A stretch of DNA of 64,000 bases, from assembly GCA_030770535.1 (NCBI GenBank), contig JASVEC010000002.1, positions 868,001-932,000 of the forward strand, in the 5' to 3' direction. The stretch comes from Batkoa obscura (taxonomy: Eukaryota). Made by a program: the position numbers and the translations under genes. Below the pieces are notes generated by a model that was given only the letters and a program-made list of their open reading frames with translations, searched no databases and was not told the origin of the DNA. Positions 13,909 to 26,308 of this stretch are shown here, in pieces (position 1 is the stretch's first letter; each line of letters opens with the position of its first letter).

Positions 13909-14006
13909 GAGGATGTATTTCTGTGTTTAAGAACTTTGCTAATAATTTTCTCACTCAAATAGCGCTTAAAAAATGGAAAAAATAATGAAGCCAAAAAAAC
14001 ATTCCT
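13909..14006 (-). mobile_element. MITE copy 5
   Basis: Consensus match; ATAT on both flanks. Confidence 0.88.
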
Positions 14007-14560
14007 ATATCTTACCAGAAATAATAGTAGCACTATATAAGATTTATAAGTAATCTTACCTTTTGTGACATAATGGCAAAAGTAATCAATTGCAACTATG
14101 AAGTCGCTTTTTGCAAAATTTGGTCTACTTATCAAAAAAACTATTGCTTATCAATCGAATAACATTCTCTACTATAACGTTGGTCTTTAATCTTTTGAGG
14201 AGCTATTTTGAGCTAATAACAAGTATGCAACCTTATATTATTCACAATTATGAAATAGAGATAATACTTTTATTTATAGAAGTAAAATCAAAGTTTTTTA
14301 GGCAAAAATAATCCTTTATTAGAAATTTTAGTAGATGAAATGATTGCAGTAGCTTATGGCCTATTTTTTCTATAGAGCAAAAAAGTCAGTTATTTTAAAT
14401 TGTCCTATACATCTACAAAATCTAAAACCTCTAAGAAATTAAAAAACGATTTTTATTTATACAATAATTGACATATGATAGCGTGGCTAAATCATAGTAG
14501 ATATTTCAAATATGTGCGAAAAAGTGGATAAGATAAAGACTATGAAACATTTTAAATGAA

Positions 14561-17500
14561 TTAGGAAATTGAGTTTTTCCTTGAGATAGGGGAGGGGAAG
14601 GCATTAGTATCAAAGGGATTGAAGTAATTGGACCAATTAAACCAAGATTGAAAATTATTATTATTTGTGGTCGAATGCAATACCTTGCTGATATTAGATT
14701 GAAATAACTTGATCAAATTTTGAGATAATATGCTATTGTCAATAACTGCTATAGTGGGATTGATAACATCCTCAGCAACAGTACCATTTTCGTTAATAAT
14801 ATCCAACTTGACCTTAGGTTTTGGTAACTGATGGCGTTGATTCGTTAAATTACACAACTTTTCTACAAAGGCAGTAATCTCTATTAATTGGTTCTCAAAT
14901 TGATTGTTTGCATTGAGGATGTTAATATGCTTGTCTTTAATTTCGATTAACTTTAAAGATTCACAATTTTTTATGGCCAAATGAATGAATTCTTTACTGA
15001 TGGATTCTTTATAATGCAAATAATTGTTATGGATTCCGTTATAGATAACATGCTGTATCATAGTATAAAACTGATCATAACTCATGCTTTGATCCTGTTT
15101 CAAACTTGATAGGCCTGCTAATACGATCCAGAAAGTGTCGAGCTTAGAATGTAATAAGGTCAATAAGATATGGAAGTAATCCATGGTATTTGGAGAGATG
15201 TTCATGATGATAAATTGATCCAACAATTGAATATAATTGCATTTGATGAATTTATTAAATAGCATTTCAATAGTGTATTGTTTTAAATAAATGATAATTT
15301 CAGGATATAAATTGAGGATTAATTTAATGATTTTGCTGAATTCTATTTCTACCTGTTGTTTAGTTATAAATCCTTGATATTCTGGCTGACTTGAATATTT
15401 TTTGTGAGTGTAATAATAGCTCAATATAAAGATAGACTCAAATAAAAAGATGGGAATAATTGGCTTCGTTAATAAATTCAAGTACAATATGGAATCAATG
15501 TCATCATTTAAATAAACCCGATTCACTTTGTAATTTAATAAGCCATCAACTTCCTCGTTATCTTCATTATCTTCCTCCCCTAACTTGATTGTAAGGCGCT
15601 GCTCTCCAATTAAATTTAAAGCATAATTTAGCACAGCACTACTATCTTCATTCTCATTAAAATCCAAATTAAACCCCAAGTTGAATAGTTCTTTTTTAAA
15701 TAAAGTCAAATAATTCTGGATTTTATTTGAGGAAATTCCATCTTTGTTATTGCGATAACTTAATAACACTAATGATATTAAATTGATTGGTGATATCAAT
15801 TGATTTTGACATTGCCAGGATTGGATCATATAACTAGAATGAGTCAAACTTAGGTCATTGTTATCCATCATTTTCAGTTGCTCTATTTTCATCTTTAGGT
15901 TGTTACGTTCTATGGGGTTCCCTATTGTTACCATAATCTTGCTATTCTTTTGATCCTTAAACAATTGAATTGAGTTACTATTATTGTTTGTTTCCTTGTT
16001 ACTTATATTACTATTCTTATCACTATTTCTGGATATAGCTTTGTTCTCATCATTAAGGTTATTGTTATTAATATTATTGTATAACTCATTTATTAAATAA
16101 TTATTATCATAATACATTTCATAATTGATAGAAATAGGGACTAACAAAATGTTTTGATTATTTAATTGTTCATTATTAATAATGTCATTAAACAAATCAT
16201 CATATTGTTTCAAATCGACCATATCTTCTAATAACTTTGTATAGTCTTTAATTTGCTCGTTGCTACTATAAATTAAATCATTTAAAAATAAGCAGATGGA
16301 ATTGCTATTGTTTGTGCTATTATTATTATCATTTAATAACTTAACTAAATAAGTTTGTATTAATAATTGTACTAACTGCTCATCATTATTGAATTGTTTG
16401 AATAATAACTTATTGTATATGATCCCCTGTTTGACTTTATAATATAATAGTTTATAACTCTGCTCAATACTTAAGATTGGCAATGGCAAATTATAATAAT
16501 AGCAGATATAAGTTAATAAATTAAAATCCAAAGAAGAAGTATGATTTGGGAGATAAATTACTTTGACTGAGTTTTGATTATTTTGATTGTTATATGAATA
16601 AATCATTTGCTTTAATTTCACTATATTATTCTTGTTGATAAGAATTGTTTGGTATTTCAAAAAGGAGGTTATATTATTAATTAATTTTTCTGGTTCAATA
16701 CTATTTTCAATGACTAATAGCTCCTTTAAAATTCGATTTTGATATTTCTTACTATCCTCAGTATAATTTTGTTTCAAATAGTTCACTACTGCTGAATCGT
16801 GGATCACTTTACTCCTTAAGTTAACTAAACTGGATTTATCGTATAATGTTAAATTATTGTTATCAAAGATTAAATCTAAATCTTCCTTATCATCGCTACT
16901 ATTATTGTTGTTTAAATATTTGATATCTTCCCATCCCTCAATTAAGTAATCCTTCCTTAGCGTGGGATCTTCATTGAGTACAAAGTAAGACATACCATAA
17001 CAAAAATTCATAATATAATCTTTCCAATTCAAATTGATAATATCATCTGTTGAAATATCTCTGCTTAGAATACTATTTAATTGGTTTTTCTGATTCTTTT
17101 GTAGTTGTAATAAACTAAAATTTTGAAAGTACCAAGTATTGATCATAAAATGTTTAAAGCAATGATACAGGAAATCCAACTTTGGTTTTGCTTTCTTTAA
17201 ATTCTCTGCTTTTTGTTTATCTTTGACCGTATTGATCATTGATAACGCCTTGAACTTGTAGTTTTGTTTTATTAGAAGCATCGCGTCATGCTCCATATCA
17301 TTTGAATATTTATGGAACGTTGGCGTAAATAAGCGCTTCTTTAGCGCCGGTAATTTGAGCCAAGAGTTGACCACATAGTTTCCGAAATCTAACCAAGTGA
17401 TTGGATTGAGGCCTGATGATGAAGCATGATAAATTTTAGGATAAACAACTTCCTCAGTGTCAATCTTTATCTTACTATCTAAATCCTTAATCTGTCTTGT

Positions 17501-18502
17501 TTTATCTGCATAACTGATATTGAATTCAGTTCCTGGTTTACTATTGAACTCATAGCACGCTTTCAATACTATTTTTGCCAGGTAATCCACTGGTACCAAA
17601 TCTAATACCGAATCCCTTGGACCAGGGGTAGAGTCCAAGATTCCTAATCCGATATACATAGCTATGGCGTTGGCAGCTGCCACACCATCAACCCAGCCTG
17701 GAACGGGGTCATAAGCGGTGGAAGTGACTACTGTTGGTCTGACAATAGCCAAATTAAACGCTTTTCTACCATTAGCTATCTCTCTTTGCTTCATTTCTTC
17801 AGCCTTAATCAAGATCATATTCTCCGCCAATGATTTGGTAAATGTATAAGTATTTGGATAGCACGTTAAGATTCTGTCTGTGAATTGTTTGATCTGTTCC
17901 AAATCCATATTTTGTATCTGCTCGACGAGTTCTTTTACATCACCAAAGATCATAGGATAAATACGCTCATAAATTTCCTTCTCTTTACGATTAGAATTGA
18001 CATATGCTGTGGACACATGGACGAAGCCATCAAAGTTATGACATTGATCCGCTATTTCGACAAGCTGTAAGGTACCTAAAGTGTTTAGTTTTAATGAGCG
18101 ATCCAAGCGCTCATTGAAGTCCACCGTGGCTGCGCAATGTATGATAATATTCAAATTATTTTTTAACATCTCTAGATCATTATCTTGAATCCCCAAACCA
18201 GGCAAAGAAATATCACCTTGAATTGGTATAAGCTTTGGAAGGATTAAATGATAGAATTGTTTAATTGATAGATGGTCTTTTAATACATTAAATAATTTGT
18301 TGCTTAAGATCTCATCCACAATACGCTGCTTAATACTCTTGCCTTTTTTTTCTCGAATTAATAAGTAGACCTTTTCAATATGTACATAATGGTCACGTAG
18401 TATCAATTCTAATATACACTTGCCTACAAACCCAGTACCGCCTGTTAGTAGTATGCTCTTGCCGTGTAAGAAGGAAGAGTCCAAAGGGAATTTATTCACC
18501 AT
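14561..18502 (-). CDS. Fatty acyl-CoA reductase fused to a GNPAT/GPAT-like acyltransferase (FARAT-type), single exon, 1313 aa
   Basis: FAR half: TGGTGFVG, IIHCAATVDF, VHVSTAYVN, YPNTYTFTK, DLVPVDY, Sterile-domain INLNWKDYI. C-terminal half: YLPNHTSSLD (HxxxxD), LLVPISINYE, SPINLISLVLL. Confidence 0.88.
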   Translation of the reverse strand: MVNKFPLDSSFLHGKSILLTGGTGFVGKCILELILRDHYVHIEKVYLLIREKKGKSIKQRIVDEILSNKLFNVLKDHLSIKQFYHLILPKLIPIQGDISLPGLGIQDNDLEMLKNNLNIIIHCAATVDFNERLDRSLKLNTLGTLQLVEIADQCHNFDGFVHVSTAYVNSNRKEKEIYERIYPMIFGDVKELVEQIQNMDLEQIKQFTDRILTCYPNTYTFTKSLAENMILIKAEEMKQREIANGRKAFNLAIVRPTVVTSTAYDPVPGWVDGVAAANAIAMYIGLGILDSTPGPRDSVLDLVPVDYLAKIVLKACYEFNSKPGTEFNISYADKTRQIKDLDSKIKIDTEEVVYPKIYHASSSGLNPITWLDFGNYVVNSWLKLPALKKRLFTPTFHKYSNDMEHDAMLLIKQNYKFKALSMINTVKDKQKAENLKKAKPKLDFLYHCFKHFMINTWYFQNFSLLQLQKNQKNQLNSILSRDISTDDIINLNWKDYIMNFCYGMSYFVLNEDPTLRKDYLIEGWEDIKYLNNNNSSDDKEDLDLIFDNNNLTLYDKSSLVNLRSKVIHDSAVVNYLKQNYTEDSKKYQNRILKELLVIENSIEPEKLINNITSFLKYQTILINKNNIVKLKQMIYSYNNQNNQNSVKVIYLPNHTSSLDFNLLTYICYYYNLPLPILSIEQSYKLLYYKVKQGIIYNKLLFKQFNNDEQLVQLLIQTYLVKLLNDNNNSTNNSNSICLFLNDLIYSSNEQIKDYTKLLEDMVDLKQYDDLFNDIINNEQLNNQNILLVPISINYEMYYDNNYLINELYNNINNNNLNDENKAISRNSDKNSNISNKETNNNSNSIQLFKDQKNSKIMVTIGNPIERNNLKMKIEQLKMMDNNDLSLTHSSYMIQSWQCQNQLISPINLISLVLLSYRNNKDGISSNKIQNYLTLFKKELFNLGFNLDFNENEDSSAVLNYALNLIGEQRLTIKLGEEDNEDNEEVDGLLNYKVNRVYLNDDIDSILYLNLLTKPIIPIFLFESIFILSYYYTHKKYSSQPEYQGFITKQQVEIEFSKIIKLILNLYPEIIIYLKQYTIEMLFNKFIKCNYIQLLDQFIIMNISPNTMDYFHILLTLLHSKLDTFWIVLAGLSSLKQDQSMSYDQFYTMIQHVIYNGIHNNYLHYKESISKEFIHLAIKNCESLKLIEIKDKHINILNANNQFENQLIEITAFVEKLCNLTNQRHQLPKPKVKLDIINENGTVAEDVINPTIAVIDNSILSQNLIKLFQSNISKVLHSTTNNNNFQSWFNWSNYFNPFDTNAFPSPISRKNSIS

Positions 18503-19233
18503 ATTTTTGGTTAATTATAAGTTATGGCTAATAAATATTTCAAGTTATTTATAAAATAGAAAGAATTAAAGTTAAAAGTTTATCTTTTTGGCATCATTAT
18601 ATTATCTTTTACTGTTTTATTATTCTTAAACTTTAGCGGCTCTTAATCAATTTCTATTACAATTATTGTGATAAAAATTGTTGGTAATATTTTAATTCTA
18701 TTAATTTTAGTTTTACCCGCCAGAAATTCCCTCTCTTTTTAATTGATTTCACACCTCCCATTCTTTTATTTCCAAATACCAGTTTGCTTATTAAACTATC
18801 CTAGAATATTAGCATTAGTTATTGTAAAGAGGGCCTTATGATTTTTAATTGTATGCTAATTGATGAAGATAAAAATAGATTAAACTGGACTATTATTTTA
18901 TAAAAGTAAAAATGCTCTCTAGGTAGTTATTAATTGTTTGGAAATTTTAATTAAGGAAATTTTACTATCGCTTTAATTTAATATTTCTTTTTAAGGATTT
19001 CTCTGCCTTCTTTTTTCTAAAAATTAATAGTTTAAAACCCAAGTCTTTTCAAGACTCAAAAAAAGCTAACTTTACTTATTGTTACTTGTTATTGTCTAAG
19101 CTTGAATATAATAATTTTTTACCTGGAACTAACATAAACTATAATTTCGTTTACATACTGCTTAATTCTATTTCATTAACTTTTTTTGTTCCAATTGCTA
19201 CTTTAGTAGCCTTGAAATTTAATGTATATGGTT

Positions 19234-19319
19234 AAGTCTAAAATAAAAGTTGCTTATTGCATAAAAGTTTAAAATGATAAACATTTTTTTATGTAAAAAG
19301 CAACTTTTATTTCGAACTT
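19234..19319. repeat. Imperfect inverted repeat (hairpin)
   Basis: aagtctaaaataaaagttgcttattgcataaaa pairs with ttttatgtaaaaagcaacttttatttcgaactt. Confidence 0.7.
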
Positions 19320-19811
19320 GGTTGTTGCAGCGTTTTTTCGACTTTTCCAATTTTAAGCTTAAAAATAGTTTAAGTTTGTCAACTAGACAATTTTTCAAAA
19401 ATAGAATTACAAAAAGAAAAATAATTAAGTTTTTGAGACTATAGATAAGTTCATAAAACTCATTTTATAAAATAATTGATAATAAATTTATGTATTTTAA
19501 CAATTAATAGTCTTTAAAATAACATTTGTATAATTTTTATAAGCATTATCCATAATACAGTAATTCCCAAACTTAATATAAATAGCCACTTGGTTTATTA
19601 AAATCATAACAATAAAAATTCATAAAGATAAAAGAGATAAAATAATATATTATAGAATTACTTCGTTCCGACTATAAATGAGTATTATACATTTTTTGCA
19701 GTTTTACTTAATCTATAGAATAATGTCTTGGATCAAATATCATAAATTTCTTGAAATGAATACAATATACTAATTTATAAATGTTTATATAATAAATAAC
19801 TTTCAGAATAT

Positions 19812-19909
19812 GGGGGCGTTTTTTTTGACTTCATTATTTTTTCCATTTTTAAGCGCTATTTGGGTGGAAAAATTGTTAGTAAAATTCTTAAACATAAAAA
19901 TACATCCCC
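19812..19909 (+). mobile_element. MITE copy 6
   Basis: Consensus match; ATAT TSD. Confidence 0.9.
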
Positions 19910-20152
19910 ATATGTTATATAAAGTTTCATAAAAGGTAGAATTCGTCACTTTTTCGAAAATTTTAAGCTTATTTACCAATAACCAGATAGCATCTTGAAA
20001 ATTATTGGAAAACTAAAACTCAAACTTAAAATTCAAACTATAATTGGTCAAACTCCAAAAACTGTTTTCCCATAATGATCCAAAGTATAAAACATGCTTG
20101 TAAAAATAGTTAAAAATTTGTCAAATTATTTAGTCTATTTCATTATTTAACT

Positions 20153-21911
20153 ATGTCTTCTGTCACTGCTCAAACTGTCGCCACCAATCCTACCGCTAAC
20201 AGTAAGTGCACTCTTTGCCATATTCAAAATTTATTTACAAATGAAATTAGCCCTCAAAAACCCATCAAGCACTATTAAAGAGATAGGTAATCCTCATGCA
20301 CTTGGTGATGTTACAGTTGATAATTCAAGTGTTACTACAGCAGAGCTCAATGACACAGGTTCTGAGTTAACAAAGGCTACTGAAATAAATGGAGTTGTAG
20401 ATCCAACCTTTGAATTCCTTAATCTGAAAGGACCAAAACCTGCTACTTTTGAAAAAGTAGCTTACTTTTTCATCAAAAGGTATTACTATACCCTTTCTAA
20501 AGTTCCACATAAATCATATTTGTTCTATCATTCGAAAGCACTTTTGATCCACGGTGATGAAGCTCAGGATGTTCTTCCTGTTAAAGGTTTAAAGAATATT
20601 CATGAACATTTGATTAAATTAGATTTCAGCAAATGTAATATTGTGCTTACCAATGTTGACTGTACTCCTTCGGTTAATGGCTCTATATTTATTGTGGTTA
20701 TAGGCGAGGTTGCTTATTTTAGCGGGCTTCAAAAGAAGTTTATTCAATCCTTTTTATTAAAAGAAAAGTCCAATGGGTTTACCATAGTTAATGACATTTT
20801 TAGATATATTGTTGATACTGCAGATGAATATCCATCAGGTGACTATGTAAAGTTAAAAGTTAAGGAGGATACAATCAAGTTAGATGTGGAACCAACTGGA
20901 TCTGTTCCAACATCTCCTACCTCTGAAAGCACTGTTTCTCCATCAGCTTCCGATGAAGCTCCGATCGCTGAAGATTTACCGCCAGTTGAAAACCTTCCAC
21001 CATCAGTTGAAGAAATCTTGCCATCAGCTGAGGAAAAAAGCTCAGAGGCTCCAAAAACCGATGAAGTTACCCCTGAGACAACCCAATCTGGGAGCATCAC
21101 TGACTTGACACTGGAGCCAACTACCACACTTACCAAAGCTGCAAAGAAGAAAAGAGCTAAAGCTCTTAAGAAAAAAGCTGTTGAAGCTGAACAAGAAACC
21201 GGTGTAGCTGAAGTCGAAGTTAACACTAATAATAAAGCTGAGGTCGAGACTAAGATTGATGAAGTCAAGTCTGAGACCAATACTAAAGTTGAGGAAGTTA
21301 AGACTGAAGAGAAGCCTAAAACTAATGGCAACCCTGCTACGAACCCCTGTTTGCCTTCCACTCCAGCCCCAACTAAGATTCAAGAAAAACCCAAAGCCTG
21401 GGCCAAGCTGCCACCAATTGAGTCTGCCCCTGTAGTATCTGCCACGACAAAACAGCCAATAAAACCAATTGCTCCAGCCGTTGAGAAGCCAATTGTTAGT
21501 ACCCCAGTTGCTCATGATGAAAACAATGATATTTTTAAGTCGCATGTTTGTCTTCGATTTGTTAGAGAAAATACTCCAAAACCAGTTGTCATTAAAGCAC
21601 TCTCTAAGTTTGGTACTATACAAAACGTTGAATTCAATCAAAGGATTACTTTTGCCGAGTTTACGACAGTTGAGTCAGCTTCTAAAGCTATCACTGTTGG
21701 CCAAGTTGATATTAATGGTAATAGGGTACAAATTGAACAACGCCGTCATCGTCAAAATCACCATGGATTTTATAACCGTAAAAATGGTAATTACAACCGT
21801 TATAGTAAATATGGTAATAACACTTCACCTACTGGGTCTAACGAATCTGGAGATTGGTCTACTCCAAGGCCGGTTGGTAGATATTCTGGAAACAGAGGAG
21901 TAAATCATTAA
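20153..21911 (+). CDS. NTF2 + RRM protein, G3BP/Bre5/Nxt3 family
   Basis: NTF2-like domain (VAYFFIKRYY...KKFIQSFLL...IVNDIFRY), acidic/Pro-rich linker, C-terminal RRM (KFGTI...FAEF) and an N/G/R-rich tail. Inferred first exon from ATG 20153, intron about 20202-20250. Confidence 0.85.
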
Positions 21912-22499
21912 TTTGAGATAATATTAGATTCAATGTTTTAGTTCTTTTTAAATTAATAATGATGATTGCTGTCAAGATTGTATAGATGGTTTATTTTAAC
22001 TTTTTGCCTTCTCCTTTGAGCTTTTCATCTAATACTCTTACGTCCCTACTACACTTTGTTTATGCTTTAAAAAATCCTCACTTATCCCTTTCAAAAATAA
22101 AAGTACATTTATATTTATTTTTATGTGTATGTGGACCAGTTTAAACTTAATAAATAAATAAAATTCCTAAATTTCTTAAAATTTTAAAATTAAGAAATAC
22201 ACTACTATCTAAATCTAATGTTTTATTTAGGTTTGATAAGATTTAACAAAGTTAAATTTTAACCCATATACCACTTTTAAAGATTAATAGCTATAAACTT
22301 TATATAATTATACAGTTTAATAGCTAGCTTAACTTAGTTTAAGATACATGTTTTAGTAAAATTGAAAAAAAGTTGTTAGTTTTTATAATAAAACATTTTA
22401 CACAGCACAAAAAAGCCATTGTATTTTTTATAAATTCTATTGTCTTTATAACACTATGTTAATACTGGAAAAATAGTAACATTAATACCTATAGGATAT

Positions 22500-22598
22500 G
22501 GGGCTGTTTTTTTTGGCTTCATTATTTTTTCCATCTTTTAAGCGCTATTTGGGTGGAAAAATTGTTAGTAAAATTCTTAAATACAGAAATACATCCCC
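22500..22598 (+). mobile_element. MITE copy 7
   Basis: Consensus match; ATAT TSD. Confidence 0.9.
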
Positions 22599-22847
22599 AT
22601 ATATTAAAATTACTTTAAAATACAAATATTATTAAATCATATATTATCAGCAATATTTTATAGAATGAATATACATGTCATTTTTTATGATTTCATTATA
22701 TTTTACTCATAATCACTCATTGCTCATATCAATTATCGCAGTAAATTAAAAATTACAAAACCAACTCATTGATTGGCTGGTTAACAATCCAAAAAAAAAT
22801 CCTATAATATATAAAAGAGTACTTTTTAAAGTGTAGTACTTAAAAAA

Positions 22848-24935
22848 ATGGAAAAAGAAATCGAAAACATAGCCAAACAAGTAGAACAGATTGTAGTAGA
22901 GTAAGCCAAGATTACATAATTAATAATATCATATTTAAAATGATGAGCATTAGTGAAAATGGGGAGCCATTATCAAAAAAAGGGTTAAAAAAATTAGAAA
23001 AAGAGCGTGAAAAGCAGAAGAGAAAGGAGGAGGTAGCAGCCCGTTTAGCCGCTGAAAAAGCCGAAAGAGAGGCTAAAGATGTTGATTTTGCTACAGAAAA
23101 TTATGGCAAGAGAGCACTTAATCAATCTCAAGAACGTACTAACGAACAAAGAATCGATATTCGTAAAATTGATGAGAGTTTAGTTGGAAGCTCTATTATT
23201 TTAAGAGCTCGTGTTCAAACTTCTCGTCTTGCAGGTAATACAGATATAAATACAAATATAAATATGAATTAAAAAATTTAAGGTGCTAAAAATTGCTTCT
23301 TTGTCTTACGTCAATCTTTTTACACTGTACAAGGTGTTGTAACTATTGATTCAAGTAGTGTTAGCAAACAATTCCTTAAGTTTGCTGGAAAGTAAAATAG
23401 TTTATTACTTTAATTTATTTTCACTAATCATATTTTTATTTAGCATTCCACCTGAAAGCATTATTTTAGTTCATGGTGAAGTAGTAAAAGCTCCAGAACC
23501 AATCAAAAGTTGCACAGTTCAGTCAGTTGAGCTTAAAATTTTCAAAGTAATCAATGGTTATTATTCTTTTATTTTATTTTAATCATATATTATAGCTTTT
23601 TACTCTTTCTGAATCTGTTGATCGTTTACCTTTTAGTATCGAAGATGCTTCACGTCCTGAGAAATATTTTAAAGATGTAAATATTTTATTTTTCATGTAA
23701 CCTAATAATAAATAACTTAAATTTAGGCTGAAGCTTCAAATGCTGAAAATGAAGTTGAAGGTAGTGAGGTAAAAGTAAAATATAACTTAAAATACATTAA
23801 CTAAATAAAGTTCAAATAGAAACCTAAATATGTCAAAGTCAATTTAGATACTCGTCTTAATAACCGAGTAATGGATCTAAGAGTAAGAGAATAATAAATA
23901 AATAACAATGGTAATAATAATAATCATGATTTAATTAGACGACAACAAATCAAGCTATCTTCCGTCTTCAATCTGGAATATCTAAAATATTCCGTGATTT
24001 CTTGACTGAGAGAGAATTTGTTGAAATTCATACCCCTAAAATTATGGGTGCAGCTAGTGAAGGGGGAGCTAATGTTTTTAAGTTAAATTACTTTAAAACT
24101 AACGCCTTCTTAGCTCAATCCCCACAATTACACAAACAAATGTCCGTTTGTGCAGGATTTGAAAAAGTATTTGAAATTGGACCAGTATTTAGAGCAGAAG
24201 ATTCTAATACCCATCGTCATATGACTGAATTTATTGGTATGGATTTAGAGATGGCGTTTGAAGAGCATTACCATGAAGTATTAGACTTATTTGATGATTT
24301 ATTTGTTACTTTGTTTACCAAATTAAGTGAAACTTATAGTAAAGAACTTGAAGCAGTAAATCAACAATATCCATTTGAGCCATTTAAGTTTTTACCAAAA
24401 ACATTAAGATTGAAGTTCCCAGAGGGAATTGCACTCTTAAAAGAAAATGGTATTGAAGTGGGTGAGTTGGATGATCTCAGGTAATTAAAATTGAATACCT
24501 TTAGAGAAAAGGAAATCTAATTTTTTATTTTTTAGCACTGAAAACGAAAGAATATTAGGTAGATTAGTGCGTGAAAAATATGATACTGATTTCTTTATTT
24601 TGGATAAGTTCCCACTTAATATTAGACCATTTTACACTATGCCAGATCCAAATAATAAAGATTATTCAAACTCTTATGATTTCTTCATGAGGGGAGAAGA
24701 AATTATGTCAGGTGCTCAACGTATTCATGATTCTGAGTTTTTAATTCAAAGAGCTAAGGAATGTGGTGTTGATCCGATAACTATTCAACCTTACATTGAT
24801 GCTTTTAAACTTGGCGCTCCTCCACATGCTGGTGGTGGTATTGGTTTAGAAAGAGTAGTAATGTTGTATCTTGGTTTAGGTAATATTCGTCGTACTTCGT
24901 TATTCCCTCGTGATCCACGTCGACTTGCACCTTAA
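22848..24935 (+). CDS. DPS1: Cytoplasmic aspartyl-tRNA synthetase
   Basis: SKKGLKK N-terminal extension, [58 protein letters not shown]; multi-exon. Confidence 0.97.
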
Positions 24936-24985
24936 ATTTTTTATAAAAAAATAAAATACTAAGATTTATAAATGTATATAATTTA

Positions 24986-25666
24986 TTAAAATTCAGAAAA
25001 GGGTGGGAAACTAGTTTTAATCATAGGAGGAGGGGAAGCCATGGAAATTAAAGAGCTATGGTTAGGCCCACTCCAATCTTGAATTAAAAATTTAGGTTGT
25101 GAAGCTTCAAACTTAATTTCGATATCTTCGTTTGAGTTGATGACATTGTTCTGTAGGTTTAATTTATTCAACTTATTAATTAAATCACTAGAAAAAGTCA
25201 ATGTATTAGGGGCGTCTTCAGAACTAGAGAGCCAACCAGAAGGAGGTGAATTAGGCGGAGAAATTAAAAACAAACGTTCACTATTCATTACGTTTAAATA
25301 GTTTTTTCGAAGGCTTTTATTTAAGATGGGTTCTAATAAATAAACTTTAATTAAATAACTATCAAATTTTTGAAGATGATATTTTCTCTTGATCTCTTTA
25401 GCTATGTCCCCATAGATTCTCTCTTCCTCCATCTCTTCCTCATCTTCCATTTCTTCAAATATTATTATTATCCTTCGTAACTTTTTTATTGGACAATAAC
25501 TTTTAATTCTACCTTCTCTTTCAAGAATGATTTTTAGTTGGTCTAAATTTTCTTGCTGAAATAAGTTACTATCATCGCACGAAATAACAATACAATTTGT
25601 ATTGATTGATTCTTCTTTTTTTTCTTGGTTGATAATTATCTTCGTTTCTGGATTCATTGTATTCAT
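24986..25666 (-). CDS. RCN1: Calcipressin (RCAN) calcineurin regulator
   Basis: N-terminal RRM-like region (KKLRRIIIIF) and signature FLISPPNSPPSGW; C-terminal KTSFPP. Confidence 0.9.
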   Translation of the reverse strand: MNTMNPETKIIINQEKKEESINTNCIVISCDDSNLFQQENLDQLKIILEREGRIKSYCPIKKLRRIIIIFEEMEDEEEMEEERIYGDIAKEIKRKYHLQKFDSYLIKVYLLEPILNKSLRKNYLNVMNSERLFLISPPNSPPSGWLSSSEDAPNTLTFSSDLINKLNKLNLQNNVINSNEDIEIKFEASQPKFLIQDWSGPNHSSLISMASPPPMIKTSFPPFSEF

Positions 25667-26209
25667 TGTTATTATATTGATAGTAAACTATTTAAAAATT
25701 AATTTTTAGTTTATTTAAACCTATTTATACTTAAATTGCTTAGAAATTATGCTTATTATTTATTCAATAAAATGACTTATAAGTGAACAAATTCATTTTT
25801 ATTAGCTAAATCAAAGTTTATCATATCATCTAAAATATCTACATATCACTACTGTGGCCAAACTTCCTACGGGTAAAACAAGTTTATTTTTGCTTTAGAT
25901 TTGGCTTTTTATATGGATGAAGTTTGCAGTTTTTATCCATCGTGGTAAGAGCTTTCAAGTTTCACGAACTATCATCAACAGCTAATAGTCTTTGCACCTT
26001 ATAGGTCACAGTATCATAACTAAGATTATCAAAAGATAGTAAAAGCTGTTTGAATTTGTCAAGTAAACAATGGAGATGACAACGTAAATCTATATCTTTG
26101 GTTACTTTATAATCAAAGCATAGCCCATAAAATTTGAATAAAATAACCCAAAATTCTTTTTAGTTGTTCTTATAAATCTCAATTCATATAACTTGATTTT
26201 TCATTATAT

Positions 26210-26308
26210 GGGGATGTATTTTTATGTTTAACAACTTTATTAACAATTTTTCCACTCAAATAGCGCTTGAAAAATGGAAAAAGTAATGAAGCCAAAAAAA
26301 ACATCCCC
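26210..26308 (-). mobile_element. MITE copy 8
   Basis: Consensus match; ATAT TSD. Confidence 0.9.

Noticed and set aside
1..18502. Lipid-metabolism gene cluster (PLD plus FARAT)
   Set aside because: The two genes are separated by unrelated housekeeping genes and no other pathway members are nearby.
20843..21903. Overlapping and antisense ORFs (172, 199, 144, 74 aa) within the G3BP-like gene
   Set aside because: Shadow ORFs from codon bias in a Lys/Glu/Pro-rich gene.
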